This document shows positions 38,369 to 51,855 of a stretch of DNA of 64,000 nt, piece by piece; positions within the stretch are counted from its first letter, which is position 1; the number at the start of each line of letters is the position of its first letter. This DNA is from Squalus acanthias (lineage: Eukaryota), in NCBI GenBank assembly GCA_030390025.1, contig CM059432.1:30816001-30880000 (forward strand), given 5' to 3'. Under the pieces are notes generated by a model. The model was given only the letters and a program-made list of their open reading frames with translations, did not search any database and was not told the DNA's origin. The position numbers and the translations under genes are program-made.

Positions 38369-39787
38369 CGCTGCGATTTTCTCATTGGTGTCAAGATGGG
38401 GGCGGGCTTACCGGCCACTTAACAGGAAGCGGGTCTGATGATGTCATTTGATGACGCGTCATCTGCCGGTTTCCTTAAAGGGACCATGCACAATTTTATT
38501 TTGACAGTTGATTTTTCAGTGTTTGACAGCATTGAGGTGCTTAAAACACTGACAATCACTGCAAAAGGTGAACTCTTGCACCCAGGCTCTCCAATGATTG
38601 AAGGAGTCACAGTAAGTAGGGAGGTTCTCTTCCCTTCCAAGGGTGGAAGAGACCTCCCCAGGACACCAACTTACCTTGTACCTCCACCCAACCCTCTCTA
38701 TCTACTTTATCACTTCCCCATCTCACAAGCCACCCCTCACACTCACCCTCATTCTACTGCAAGCATACCAACTAACAACACATAAGGGTGGGCACTTGAG
38801 AGGTTTAGCCAATGCCCATGTGAAGTTTCTGGAAATGTGTTGTCATACAGTAAAATTTCTTTATCAAAAAGTGCCCCTTATTGGACAGATCTGAGCACAC
38901 ATTGAGAAGTGTCTTACTGAGCTCCAGTGATTGTTCAGTCATAACTCCACCTCCCCCCCCACCCAGCTATAGTGATGTGTGTGCATGGAATGGCTTGGAC
39001 ATTAAAGGGATGCTTCACGGTGCTGGTGTGGGATGGTGTCAACCTGGCACATCATGTGGCAACCAGGGTTTACAGCATCAAGTGAAGAAAGTCTGGCCAT
39101 GGTGATGCCATCGCTGGCCTCTCGGCCAGCAATTTTGTCCGGGGCTGATGCCCTGTGTCCAGTGCAGCATCAGGTGATGGCGGCGGAGGTTGGTGATGTT
39201 GGTGTTGGGGCTGATTGTGGAAGGATTCGGAGGACCAAGGTCTGATTGTTTCATTGGCTCTGATGTTGCTGGAATAGATGACAGCTGCAGGTGAGATGAC
39301 AGAAGTGATCTGTCACTGGTGAGAGAGGTTCTCCCAATGAGGTGGCACTGGACATACAGTTGGATTTAAAAACTTGTAAGTTAAAGGAATCTGTATATGT
39401 ATTAAAAATGCAGTAACCAACATTTTCTTTGCTCTGAAACTCACCATGTGCAACATGGCATCCTTGACACCACTTCTGCAGCTGTCATCTTTTCACAAAC
39501 ATCAAACCAGACTCACAACACGCCACACCAAAACCCGACCCAGAAGCTGGAAAATCGAAAAAGACCCTGAAAGTTGTTCACAAGTACCTGTTAATAGGCA
39601 GTTAATTGCCTTTAATCCGTTTCCCGCCGCTGGGTGTCGGGTCCATTCGCAAATTGGGGATCCGACACTTGGGAAGGTTGTGTGGAGGCGGGATAACAGC
39701 GGGTGTGGAACCCGCCATCAACCAAAACAACTTTAACCTCTGACACGCCTCCAAACCCGCCCTCTGAACGCCAGCAAAATCACGGCC
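38369..39787. mobile_element. Non-autonomous Harbinger derivative, second copy of the 3243-4928 family
   Basis: Ends CGCTGCGATTTT / AAAATCACGGCC; reverse-complement collinear with 3243-4928; sits within a CATAGAGT CR1 tail repeat. Confidence 0.75.
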
Positions 39788-40110
39788 AAAGAGTCATAAC
39801 AGCACAGAAGGAGGCCATTCGTGCCCATCGAGTCCGTGCTAATTATCTGTGTTTCCTGTATGAGGACACCTAAATATCTCTGAACACCAACATGTAATAG
39901 TTTCTCACCATTTAAAAATTATTCTGTGTCGTGGGATCTTTTGCATTCACCTGAGAAGGCAGACAGGGTCTTATCCGAAAGATGGCACCTCCGACAGAGC
40001 AGCACTCCCTCAGTGCTGAACAGAAGTGCCAGCCTAGATTGTGTGCTCAAGTCTCTGGAGTGGGGCTTGATCTATATGGATGGAATAATTTGAGATAGTG
40101 GGAGATGTAG

Positions 40111-40385
40111 GGGGAGAAATTCATTATAGCCCCACTTGGGGCACTAAATTTTAAAAGCTTGGAAAGTTAGCCAGGCGCTAATGTTTCCAAACTTTAAAAA
40201 AAATTCGGTTTTGCGCTCCAAGAAGTAAGTGGAGCGCTAAATCAAGCGTTCCACTTCCTTTTGGAGCGCAATCGGCAGCAGGTGGGGCGGAGACTTCAGC
40301 AGCGCTGCACACTGGGCCGTTCAACGCTGCCGCGTTCAAAGGCTCCTTCCCGCCCTTAAAGGCAAAGGCACCCAATTTCAGCCCC
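40111..40385. mobile_element. Harbinger-type MITE
   Basis: GGGGAGAAATT / AATTTCAGCCCC ends; GCGCTA subterminal motifs; flanks TAG / AAG. Confidence 0.7.
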
Positions 40386-41064
40386 AAGGAATCTAAATAG
40401 AAAGTCAGCTGCCACATGCTGCAACTTGACAATGATGTGGAAAGTGGGGTTGTATTTGCAAACAAAAGTCTATATGAAGCTTCTGTATTGCTCATCTTGT
40501 GCCGTGGTCTACCTCGACTGGTGCCAACAAACAAATGAACTGGTCGTTCAACTAATTGATGTTTATGGGTTATTGTTGACCCTGAATGGCCGCTGTGTTT
40601 GCCAGCATAGCAGTCAGTAATGGCACATTCATTCCTAGAGATTTCCATGCCATGATAAAGTGCTATATAAATGCAAGAATTTCTTTTGATTTCTTTTATT
40701 GAATGCGGATGAAAGATGGGGCCTCAGGGTGAAATGGTTTACCTGAAATGTATTCCAGTCATTTCTATGTCCTAACAGGAACACAGTTCAAAGGAAACCT
40801 AGACTGAACAAAATGGTCGTTGACCACAGAACACTAAAAGATGACTCTGGTAGTTCAAAGAAGTAATGTGTGATAACAGATTGGTGAAATCCATTAGGAA
40901 CTCTTTTATATAGAAGGAATGAGACTGAAAGGAAGACCTTGAGAACACTGGTGCGACCATATTAATAATGATATTGGATCCATGTAACTTAGTTTAATGA
41001 ACGCAGTCCACTTTATAACAGACAGAACGTCTCGGTACAGTGTTACTTATATGTGACTCTTCCA

Positions 41065-41400
41065 CTATACAGCACCTTTCATGTCCTCAGGCTGTCCCAA
41101 AGTGCTTTAAAATGAACTACTTTTGTAGTGTAATCACCATTGTTATGTTAGCAAATGTGGAAGCCAATTTGCACACAGCAATGTCCTGCAAAAAACCATC
41201 AAATGAATGCCAGTTTAACTGTTTGGATGGTGTTGGTTGAGGGATAAATATTGATGACGACACTGGGAGAACTTCATGTTGTTCTTCAAAGAGCACCATG
41301 GGATTGTTAACATCCACCTGAACACCTGATGGTGGCTTGGTTTTGCATCTCATCCAAAAGATGGCTCCTCCAACACTGCTTCAGTACTGCACTGAAGTAT
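41065..41400 (-). mobile_element. Decayed DeuSINE copy
   Basis: Collinear with 47787-48243. Confidence 0.65.
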
Positions 41401-44159
41401 TAGCCGAGATTAGGTAGAATCAGCAAGTGGCATACTAATGAGGTTCGTACATTAAAATCTGCTGAATCGGCCCTGCTGCTGCTCCCAAATTGGCGTATTC
41501 CTGCCCGGGAGTTAAAATCGAGCCCCATACCTCCAATTTGTGGGTCAAAATCATTTATGCATATGGTGAAGAACAATGGTCCCAGCACGGATCCCTGTGG
41601 GACACCACTTCCCAGTTACTGCCAGTTTGTGAAATGTCCCTTACCTCCTACCCTCTGTGTTCTGGATTGTAGCCATCTTTTAATCCATTCTGCTATCTGG
41701 CTCCTGACTCCACATGCTCTGACTTTTGTCATGAGATTATGTGCTCAAGCCTTGGAATAGGCCTTGACTGAAAACCTCTGTTAAAATACAGAAATGTTTA
41801 GTGTTTGGATGCTATAATTGCACATCATAATTTTAAGGTCTTAGTCACTTTAAATTTACCCTTTCCAGCTGCACTAAGTTTCCTTGGCAGCTAATAGATA
41901 TGGGGGACATTTTGCCAGTAACCAAGCCTCCTCATGAGGTAATAATGCTCCTTTTAGCATGTGTGTAAATCTATATAGCTCTGCTATGTCCAGGTGTTGC
42001 TCTGATAAAAGATAGCTATGTCAGACATAACTACCGGTGTTAAGAGCAACAAAATCGTAACCCTGACAACAGTCTCCAAGCACATCTGTTTCAGTCTGAT
42101 AAAATGCTACTTCTGAAAATATAGAAAGCCCATGCTTCAGGAGAGGCCCTCAGCTCACTGTCAGTCTGTTGGTTGTCTATAAACTGATCAGGATGAAAGA
42201 TATGACATCAAAGCAACCTGGCCTTTCGCAGCACTGTAGCTGAGAGGCCAGAAAACCAGAAGTTTCAGCTTTTTTTTCTAAGTGTTTTTTTATTTTGTCC
42301 TAGTTTTCTCCTCTCCTCTCCTTACTTTTGATGGAGTACGGTTCCACTGGAACCAGCACCCTCTGGTTCTGCCTCCAAATCATTGTTGTTCTTATGCGAG
42401 CTTAGGCAGTGAGCGTCGGTTGGCTACTCAAATGTGAGAACCTCACAGCCGTTCCTGTCCATTGCCCCTACACACACCGTTTCCAGCAGTGGTCCATGGA
42501 TAACGATCAAATGAAGAATCCCTGGTTGACATCCTTATCCACCCTAGCCCGAGGCACCTTGCCCAGTTGTACCACCGTTACTGATAAACTGGCTGAGATT
42601 ATCCACATCAATGCAGATCAGAGTTCAACCTGAGAACAAGTGGGATGACTTAAGTATATCAACCAGAGGGACTGGCAACCAGAATATCAACCACAGGAAA
42701 CCTTTGCACATTTTTTTCTCCATTGGTCCTATACATAGTGACCAGCCAAATTATCTCCACTGGCTAGTATTGCATAATGAGTGGTGCACTAATCGAGAGT
42801 TAAAGCTACAAAACCATAAAGACGTGCATTTATTGTGTTGAAACATTTCAAGCCACTTCATACAATGAAGCAGGTTCTCTCTCACAAATGCGATTCTTCT
42901 GAAAAGAAAGTTGACCTAGAACATTAAGGAGAGGCGTCATGGCAACAGGATAGCTTTCTGTTGCGCGCATACTCCTAATTCTATTCTGAGGTCTGAAACA
43001 GGAATTCCTGTTTGGTTAAAAGTACCTGAACAAGTTATTATCATTTCCGACAGCTGTGGTTACACATCATACTTGCCAATTCTAGCAGATGTTTCACCTG
43101 TACATGTTAGTGACTGTGTCAGACACTTGTAGCCTCTCTCTCTATGTCAGTTAATGCTGTGGTTATTCATTATGGCTGGTGCTCACCAATGAATGATGGA
43201 AATGAAAAGAAAGCCTTGCATTTATATAGAGCCGCATCACTACTGTCAGAAACATCTCAAATGTTTTGCATATAATGAATCACTTTGAAGTGCAGTAATG
43301 TATTATTAGACAGATGCTGCGCCATTTTGTGCAAGGTAAGATCCCACAAGCAGCGATGTACTGAATGGCCAGTTAATCTGTTTTTTGCTGGTTTTGGTTG
43401 AGGGAGGAATGTTGGTCAGAAAAGGCCCAGCAAGGTAAATTTTAAAATTTTAATTTTAGGTTTACTTATGTACCAGGAGGGGCAGGAGTGCTCTTCTAGG
43501 CCTCAAAAGGAAGCTTTGGGCCTCCATTCCCCCCTGGCTCCTCCCTCTCCCCTGATCGCAGCCAGAAAGCTCCCCCAGAACCCCTCCACCCTCCACCACG
43601 ATCGCCTCCAGAGCTCCCCCCTCAACCGATAGCCAGGGACCATTCCCACAGGTTGTGGCCTCCTGTCACCTTACTGCTTTTTCTGCCCATCAGTAGATGG
43701 GCTGAGCCACCACATCCCGGGACTCCTCAGGTTTGCCGTCCACTTCGGGGATCGCATGCTCCACTCCCATCCTCACTTTAAAATGGAGCCCAATTTGTCT
43801 GATAAAAATACACTGATATTGGGGGATTGTTTTACCAGTGCCACTTGAGGGGGAAGTTTCAATGAGCCAACAACTTCAGTAATTTAATTTAATGTGACTT
43901 ACATTTTAGATACTCTTGTTAGTCACTAAATATTTGATTTGGCTGAATAGCTTCCAAGGCTGTCAAAGTTTTATGGAGCAATAAAATGCCCTACATTTAG
44001 CAGTTTCCCATGGCAATAAATACCTAAAGTCCCAAGAAACTAACTAACATTCCTCTCAGTGCCAAAGCCAACTGAGATAAACTGATAGGACAATAATAAT
44101 ATCGGAATATGAAAAGGCCATGCAGCCCATCCAGCTCACTCTGCCATCCAGGCCCAGTT

Positions 44160-44512
44160 TTGTGGAGTTTGCACATTCTCCCCGTGTCTGCATGGGTTTC
44201 CTCCGGGTGCTCCGGTTTCCTCCCACAGTCCAAAAATGTGCGGGTTAGGTTGATTTGGCTATGATAAATTGACCCTTAGTGTTAGGGGGGGATTAAATAT
44301 ATGGGGATAGGATGGGTTATGTTAGGGGGAATTAAATACGTGGGGATAGGGTGGGATAGGTGCAGGCTCGATGTGGGGATTCTGTGTGAGAAAGCAGGGA
44401 CAGGGTACTGGATTTGGATGATCAGCCATGATCGTATTGAATGGTGGAGCAGGCTCGACGGGCCGAATGGCCTACTCCTGCTCCTAGTTTCTATGTTTCT
44501 ATGTTTTTATGT
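44160..44512 (+). mobile_element. V-SINE (HE1-like) fragment with CR1-type 3' tail
   Basis: V-domain TGTGGAGTTTGCACATTCTCCCCGTGTCTGC...GGTTTCCTCCCACAGTCCAAA, then CR1 3' UTR and (TTTCTATG)n. Confidence 0.8.
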
Positions 44513-45746
44513 TTTGGGGCCTAAACAGACTATTTTTCATTGTTTTTCTTGATGCAAACCTGTAGCGTCACAATGCTAAGTAGCGAATCATTACCATTTC
44601 AATCTGGATCACTCATTTAAACAACAGGATCAGTTACTGTAGATCTACATTTGTGATAAAATAGCAGAAGCATGAAGGACCTTGAATTGGAGGGATGCAC
44701 AACAATGCTGTATTATGAACAGTAACATGAAAAGCAAAGCAGCAAGACAACACCATGAAGAACAGGAAGGTGAAGAAGAACATTGAAATGCTATATTGTG
44801 CACCAGAAAGACCAGGAACTTCCATCAGCCAATCGTGGAAATTACAAGACAGAAGGAGACCATTAGCACACTGTGCTTGTGCCAGTGCCAGTGATAGCTG
44901 ATCAATTAAAATAATTTATTTAATCCCATTCACTTGCTCTTTCGTCCTTTGGGCGGACAATTGGTAAGTAATATTTGCAGCACAGAAGTGCGAGGCATTG
45001 ACCATCTACAATAAGAAAAGGAAAAACCACCTCCCCTTATCTTCAAAGTCCACCACCATTAACATCCTGGGGAGTTACTGTTGACAAAATGCTGGACCAG
45101 CCATATCAACAATGTGGCTACAAGTGCAAGTCAGAGGCAGGGTACTCTAATGAGTTGCTCACCTCCTAACCACTCAAAGCATCTCTAGAATCTACAATGC
45201 TCAAGTCAGGAGTGTGGTAAAATACTCACCGCTCACTTGGATTGGAGCAGCTATAACACCACATCCAGGACAGAAGAGTTTGGTTAATTGGTGCTCTCAA
45301 AAAATATCTGAATTAGGTTTAATTTTTGGAAAAACCTGAGTGCTCTAACAGCATTGTTAAATAACTAAGTACTGTACGTTTTTAAGAGATAATTTCAACA
45401 CATGAAGATTATCAAATTTAATAAAATTTAATAAAAAAATCTGAGGACCACAATCGCTAAGAAATAACACAGTAATGCTACATCAAGAAGAGCTGGAGAA
45501 TAGCATCCCAAAGACCAAGTAGAGATGGCACATTGTGAGGAACAGAAATCTGAAGATAAGTATTACAATAGTATATCATGAGAAGCTTCAATGCGAGGAT
45601 CATGACTGTAACCCAAAATTCAAGCATGAAGGAAGAAAGATAATCCAATTTTATGCTTGAAGAAACAACCTTGTAATACTCTGAATGCTCCTCATGATAT
45701 AGTATTGTAATACTTATGTTCAGAGTTCTGTTTCTCACAATGTAAT

Positions 45747-46489
45747 GGCCCAAAAATTAGTGCCGCTACGCGAGAGTACGCATTGTGTACTCTCGCATAT
45801 TCTGTCTCCAATTGCCGGTTTTCTGCATGCACTGCGCATGCGCTGAAAACCGGCACTTGGTGATTTCAAAAGGGGGCAGTTCCTAGGTGAACCGCGTGCG
45901 CGCTACAGGCTGCGCGCACGCAGTGCACTTAGTGCTTTGAACGCGCAGGTAAGCATGGAAGATTTTACACATAAAGAAAGGAGGCGTAAGACCCTCTTTT
46001 AACAAGGTAAGTAGTTAATTAAGTATTATTTTGAATTTTTTTCAACAGGTATATCTTTTTTAGAGACTTTAAAGAAAGGTAAGTTTATTTTTATAACTTT
46101 TTAAAAGATTTTAAATTGTTTCAAAAATTTAATTTTTTGTTTAAAGTGGTTAATTTATTTAACTATACTTATTTTATTAATGTGATGGGGTTTTTTTTTA
46201 TTTAATTGAGGTTTAGCTGTTCTTTTGGGGGGGTATAGTATTCATAGCTTTCACAGCCGTGCTGTGAAAGCTATGAATGAAAGATGGTGTGCTGCCATTG
46301 GCTCTAACTGAGTCACGTGATCCCACAGCTCGCACAAATTAACTGCGCCTGTGGGATACGGAAGCACTGCACAGCTGCTGTCCAGAACATCAAGTTCGTG
46401 CGAGCTGGGAATGAAAAAGCCAGCGCGCAGTGAGAGATCGCGGGGAAGCCTTATCCTCGCACGAAGGCTCACTCACTAATTTTTGGGCC
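45747..46489. mobile_element. 743-bp Harbinger-type MITE
   Basis: Perfect 16-bp TIR GGCCCAAAAATTAGTG; AAT on both flanks. Confidence 0.9.
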
Positions 46490-47786
46490 AATAGCTCAAA
46501 GAAAGGGAGGATTGGGAATTTAATATTCCTGGCTACAAGGTATTCAGGAAAGACAGGGAAGGGAAAAAAAGGAGGGGGGTGGCAGTATTGATCAAAGAAA
46601 CTATTATAGCACTGGAAAGGGATGATGTAGTTGAGGGTTCAAAGACAAAATCTATTTGGTTAGAATTAAGGAACAATAGAGGAGCTATTATGCTGCTGTA
46701 TGTATACTATAGGCCTCCAAATAGTGGGAAGGAGATAAAGGAATAAATTTGCAGGCAAATTACAGAGCAAAGAACAGTGGAGTAGTGATAATAGGTGACG
46801 TAAATTATCCTAATATAGACTGGGATAGAAGGATAGTAACAGTGTCAAGGGCAAAGAGGGGGAGGAATTCCTGAAATGTGTACAAGAGAACTTTCTTGAG
46901 CAGTGTGTTTCCAGCCCAACGAGGAAGGAAGCACTGTTGGATCAAGTTCTGGGAAATGAAGTGGGGCAAGTGAAGCATGTTTCAGTGGGGAAGAATTTGG
47001 GGCACAGTGATCACAATATCATCAGATTTAAAATAGTTATGGAAAAGGACAAGGAACAATCAAGCGTAAAAATACTAAACTGGAGGAGGGCTAATTTCAG
47101 TAAGTTAAAAAGGGATCTGGCCCAGATGGATTGGCATCAAAAATGGTAGTCTAAACAGTAATTGAAGAATGGAAGGCCTTCAAAGACGAGATAGTTCACG
47201 TACAGACTAGACACATTCTCACGAGGGGGAAAGGAAGGGCAAATGTAAGGTTGATGCAAGCCCATGAGATTAAAGGGGCAGTGACAGTGTGGATATGAAA
47301 TTAGCTAAGGAACAGAAAGCAGAGAGTAGTGGTGAGTGGTTGTTTTTCAGACTGGAGGGAAGTACACAGTGGTGTCCCCCAAGGACCTATATTAAGACCA
47401 CTGGATTTTTTGCTATATATTACTGACCGGGACTTGGGTATATAGGACATAATATCAAAGTTTGCAGATGACAGAAAACTAGGAAATGTAGTAAACAATG
47501 AGGAGGATAGTAAGAGACTTGTTTTATAAATACATAAAGAGCAAGAGGATAACTAAGGAAAGAGTAGGGCCTTTTAGAGAGCAGCAAGGTAACCTGTGTG
47601 TGGAGGCGGAAGACATGGGTATGGTTCTTACTGAATACTTTGGGTCTGTCTTCATAAAAGAGTGGCACAGTGCAGAAATTGTAGTTAAGGAGGAGTGTGA
47701 AATATTGGATGGGATAAACATGGTAAGAGAGGAAATATTAAGGGGTTTAGCGTCTTTGAAAGTAGATAAATCGCCAGGCCTGGATG

Positions 47787-48243
47787 AAAGAAAGAAAGAC
47801 TTGCATTTATATAGCGCCTTTCACGACCAACGGACATCTCAAAGCATTTTACAGCCAATGAAGTACTTTTGGAGTGTAGTCACTGTTGTAATGTGGGATA
47901 CGTGGCAGCCAATTTGCGCACAGCAAGCTCCCACAAACAGTAATGTGCTAATGACCAGATAATCTGTTTTTGTTATGTTGATTGAGAGGTAGATATTGGC
48001 CAGGACACCGGAGATAACTACCCTGCTCTTCTTCGAAATAGTGCCATGGGATCTTTTATGTCCACCTGAGAGAGCAGACGGGGCCTCAGTTTAATGTCTC
48101 ATCTGAAAGATGGCACCTCTGACAGTGCAGCACTCCCTCAGCACTGCACTGGAGTGTCAGCCTAGATTTATGTGTTCAAGTCCCTGGAGTGGGACTTGAA
48201 CCCACAACCTTCTGACTCAGAGGCGAGTGTGCTATGCACTGAG
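47787..48243 (-). mobile_element. Well-preserved full-length DeuSINE (SacSINE1-like)
   Basis: tRNA-like head with GGTTCAAGTCC box, central domain, tail GGCGCTATATAAATGCAAG followed by (TCTT)n. Confidence 0.85.
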
Positions 48244-49235
48244 GGGCAGCAGACAGTTGAAATGTATCCCAGGCTGTTAAGAGAAGCAAGGGAGGAAATA
48301 GCAGAGGCTCTGACCATCATTTTCCAATCCTTTCTGTCTACAGGTGTGGTGCTGGAGGACTAGAGGACTGCTAACGTTGTACTGACCGTTGTTTAAAAAG
48401 GGAGAAAGGGATAGACCGAGAAATTACAGGCCAATCAGCCTAACCTCAGTGGTGGGCAAATTATTGGAAAAAATTCTAAGGGACAGTATTAATCGTCATT
48501 TAGAAAGGCAAAGATAAATCAAGGACAGTCAGCATGGATTTGTTAAGGGAAGGTCATGTCTGACCAAATTGATTGAATTTTTTGAGGAGGTAACAAGGAG
48601 GGTTGATGAGGGTAGCGTATTTGATGCAGTCTATATGGATTTTAGAAAGGCTTTTGACAATGTCCCACATGGCAGAACTGGTCAGAAAAGTAAAAGCCCA
48701 TGGGATCCAAGAGAAAGTGGCAAGTTGGATCCAAAATTGGCTCGGTGGCAGGAAGCAAAGGGTAAAGGTCGATGGGTGTTTTTGTAACTAGAAGGCTGTT
48801 TCCAGTGGGGCTCTGCAGTTCTCAGTACTAGGTCCCTTGTCTTTTTGTAGTATACATCACTGATTTAGACTTCAATGTTGGGGGATGATTAAGAAGTTTG
48901 CAGATGATACAAAAATTGGCTGTGTGGTTGATAGTGAGTAAGAAAGCTGTAAGCTGCAGGAAGATGTCAATGGACTGGTCAGGTGGGCAGAAAAGTGGCA
49001 AATGGAATTGAATCCAGACAATTGTGAGGTAATGGATTTGGGGAGGGCTAACAAGTCAAGGGAATACACAATAAATGGTAGGATACTGAGAAGTGTAAAG
49101 GAAAAGAGGGAACATGGAGTGCATGTTCACAAATTATGAAGGTAGCAGGACAGGCAGATAAGGTGGTTAAGAAGGCATACGGGATACTTTCCTTTATTAG
49201 CCGTGGCATAGAATATAAAAGCAGGAAGGTTATGC

Positions 49236-50410
49236 GTTGTTTTTATTTGTTCATGGGATGTGGGCGCCGCTGGCGAGGCCAGCATATATTGCCCATCCCT
49301 AATTGCCCTTGAGAAGGTGGTGGTGAGCCGCCTCTTTGAACTGCTGCAGTCCGTGTGGTGAAGGTACTCCCACAGTGCTGTTAGGGAGGGAGTTACAGGA
49401 TTTTGATCCAGCGACGATGAAGGAACAGCGATATATTTCCAAGTCAGGATGGTGTGTAACTTGGAGGGGAACTTGCAGGTGATGGTGTTCCTATGCGCCT
49501 GCTGCCTTTGTCCTTCTAGGTGGTAGAGGTCACGGGTTTGGGAGGTGCTGCCAAAGAAGCCTTGGCGAGTTGCTGCAGTGCTTCTTGTAGATGGTACACA
49601 CTGCAGCCACGGTGCGCCGGTAGTGGAGGAAGTGAATGTTTAAGGTGGTGGATGAGGTGCCAATCAAGCAGGCTGCTTTGTCCTGGATGGTGTCGAGCTT
49701 CTTGAGTGTTGTTGGAGCTGCACTCATCCAGACAAGTGGAGACTACTCCAACACACTCCTGACTTGTGCCTTGCAGATAGTGGACAGGCTTTGGGGAATC
49801 AGGAGGTGAGACACTCGCCGCAGAATACCTAGCCTCTGACCTGCTCTTGTTCACACAGTATTTATGTGGCTGATCGGTTAAGTTTCTGTTCAATGGTGAC
49901 CCCCAGGATGTTGATGGTGGGAGATTCGGTGATGGTAATGCTGTTGAATTTCAAGGGGTGGTGGTTAGACTCTCGCTTGTTGGAGATAGTCATTGCCTGG
50001 CACTTGTGTGACATGAATGTTACCTGCCACTTATCAGCCCAAGCCTGAATGTCGTCCAGGTCTTGTTGCATGCGGGCATGGACTGCTTCATTACCTGAGG
50101 AGTTGCGAATGGAACTGAACACTGTGCAGTCATCAGCGAACATCCCTACTTCTGACCTTATGATGAAGGGAAGGTCATTGATGAAGCAGCTGAAGATGGT
50201 TGGGCCTAGGACACTGCCCTGAGGAACTCCTGCAGTGATGTCCTGGGGCTGAGATGATTGACCTCCAACAACCACAACCATCTACCTTTGTGCGAGGTAT
50301 GACTTCAGCCAGTGGAAGGTTTTCCCCCTGATTCCCATTACCTTCAATTTTACCAGGGTTCCTTGATGCCACACTCAGTAAAATGCTGCCTTGATGTAAA
50401 GGGCAGTCAT
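49236..50410 (-). mobile_element. Second CR1/L2-group LINE family, RT + 3' end
   Basis: [30 protein letters not shown]; 3' UTR differs from the main CR1 and is shared with 28722-28983. Confidence 0.88.
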
Positions 50411-51039
50411 GTTGAACTGCTTGTCATGTTACACATGCTTGAACTGTGTAAAACACTAGTTAGTTAGCCACGAGTTAGTTAGCCACAGCTAATGTACTGC
50501 AAACAGTTCTGGTCATCACATTACAGGAAAGATGTGATTGCACTAGAGAGGGTACAGAGCAGATTTACGAGGATGTTGCCAGGACTGGAGAATTTTAGCT
50601 ATAAAGATTGGATAGGCTGGGATTGTTTTCAGAGGAGGCTGAGGGGAGATTTAATTGAGGTGTCTAAAATTATGAGAGGCCAAGATAGAGTGGATAGGAA
50701 GGACCTATTTCCCTTAGCAGAGAGGTCAATAACCAGGGGTCATAGATTTAAATTAATTGGTAGAAGGATTAGAGGGGAGTTGAGGAGAATTTTTTTCACC
50801 CAGAAGCTGGTGGGGGTCTGGAACTCACTGTCTTAAAGGGTGGTAGAGGCAGAAACCCTCACCGCATTTAATAAGTACTTGGATGTGCACTTGAAGTGTC
50901 GTAACTTACAAGGCTACAGGCAAAGAGCTGGAAAGTGGGATTAGGTTGGGTAGCTCTTTTTCGGCCAGCACAGACACGATGGGCCGAATGGCTTCCTTCT
51001 ATGCCGTAAATTTCTATGATTCAATGATTCTGTGATTCA

Positions 51040-51855
51040 GGAAGACATAGACAGACTGGTGTAAATGGGCAGACACATGGCAGATGAAATTTAACGCAGA
51101 AAAGTGTGAAGTGATACAATTTGGTAGGAAGAATGAGGAGAGGCAAGATAAACTAAATGGTACCTTTTTAAAGGGTGTAGGAATAGAGAGACCATGGGTG
51201 TATGTACACAAATCTTTGAAGTTGGTAGGACAAGTTGAGAAGGCTATTAAAAAAGCATATGGGTTCCTTGGCTTTATTTATAGAGACATAGGTTACAAAA
51301 GCAAGGAAGTTACGTTAAACCGTTTTAAAGAACTGGTTAGGCCTCAGCTGGAGTATTTTGTTCAATTCTGGGCACCACACTTTAGGAAGGATGTCAATGT
51401 CTTGGAGAGGGTGCAGAAGAGATTTACTAGAATTGTACCAGGGATGAGGGACTTCAGTTATGTGGAGAGACTGTAGAAGCTGGGCTTGTTCTCCTTAGAG
51501 TTGAGAAGGTTAAGAGGAGATTTGATAAAGGTTGGATAGCAGAAGGGTCGGGAACTAGAGGACACAGATTTAAGGTGATAGGCAAAAAGAACTAGAGCAG
51601 ACATAAGGATTTTTTCTTTATACAGCGCGTTGTTGTGATCTGGAATGCAATGCCTGAAAGGGTGTTGGAAACAGATTCAATAGTAACTTTCAAAAGTGAA
51701 TTGGATAAATACTTGAAGGGAAAAATTGTATAGGGCTATGGGGAAAGAGTAGTGGAGTGGGACCAATTGGATAGCTCTTTCAAAGTACCAGCACAGGCAT
51801 GATGGACCAAATGGCCTCCTTCTGTGGGGTATCATTCTATGATTCTATGCTTCTG
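51040..51855 (+). mobile_element. CR1 3' fragment
   Basis: ORF 51084-51476 (MKFNAEKCEV...LERVQKRFTR); TTCTATGA tail. Confidence 0.9.

Larger units (their letters stand above)
46492..51035 (+). mobile_element. Decayed CR1 ORF2 carrying several nested inserts
   Basis: Endonuclease (GHSDHN), RT and C-terminal motifs in order; interrupted at about 47240-47518 (CR1 piece), 47787-48243 (SINE) and 49236-50410 (LINE). Confidence 0.88.

Noticed and set aside
40178..40648. 156-aa ORF as a host gene
   Set aside because: About half lies in a MITE; no recognisable domain
48150..48243. tRNA gene
   Set aside because: tRNA-derived SINE head continuous with the SINE body
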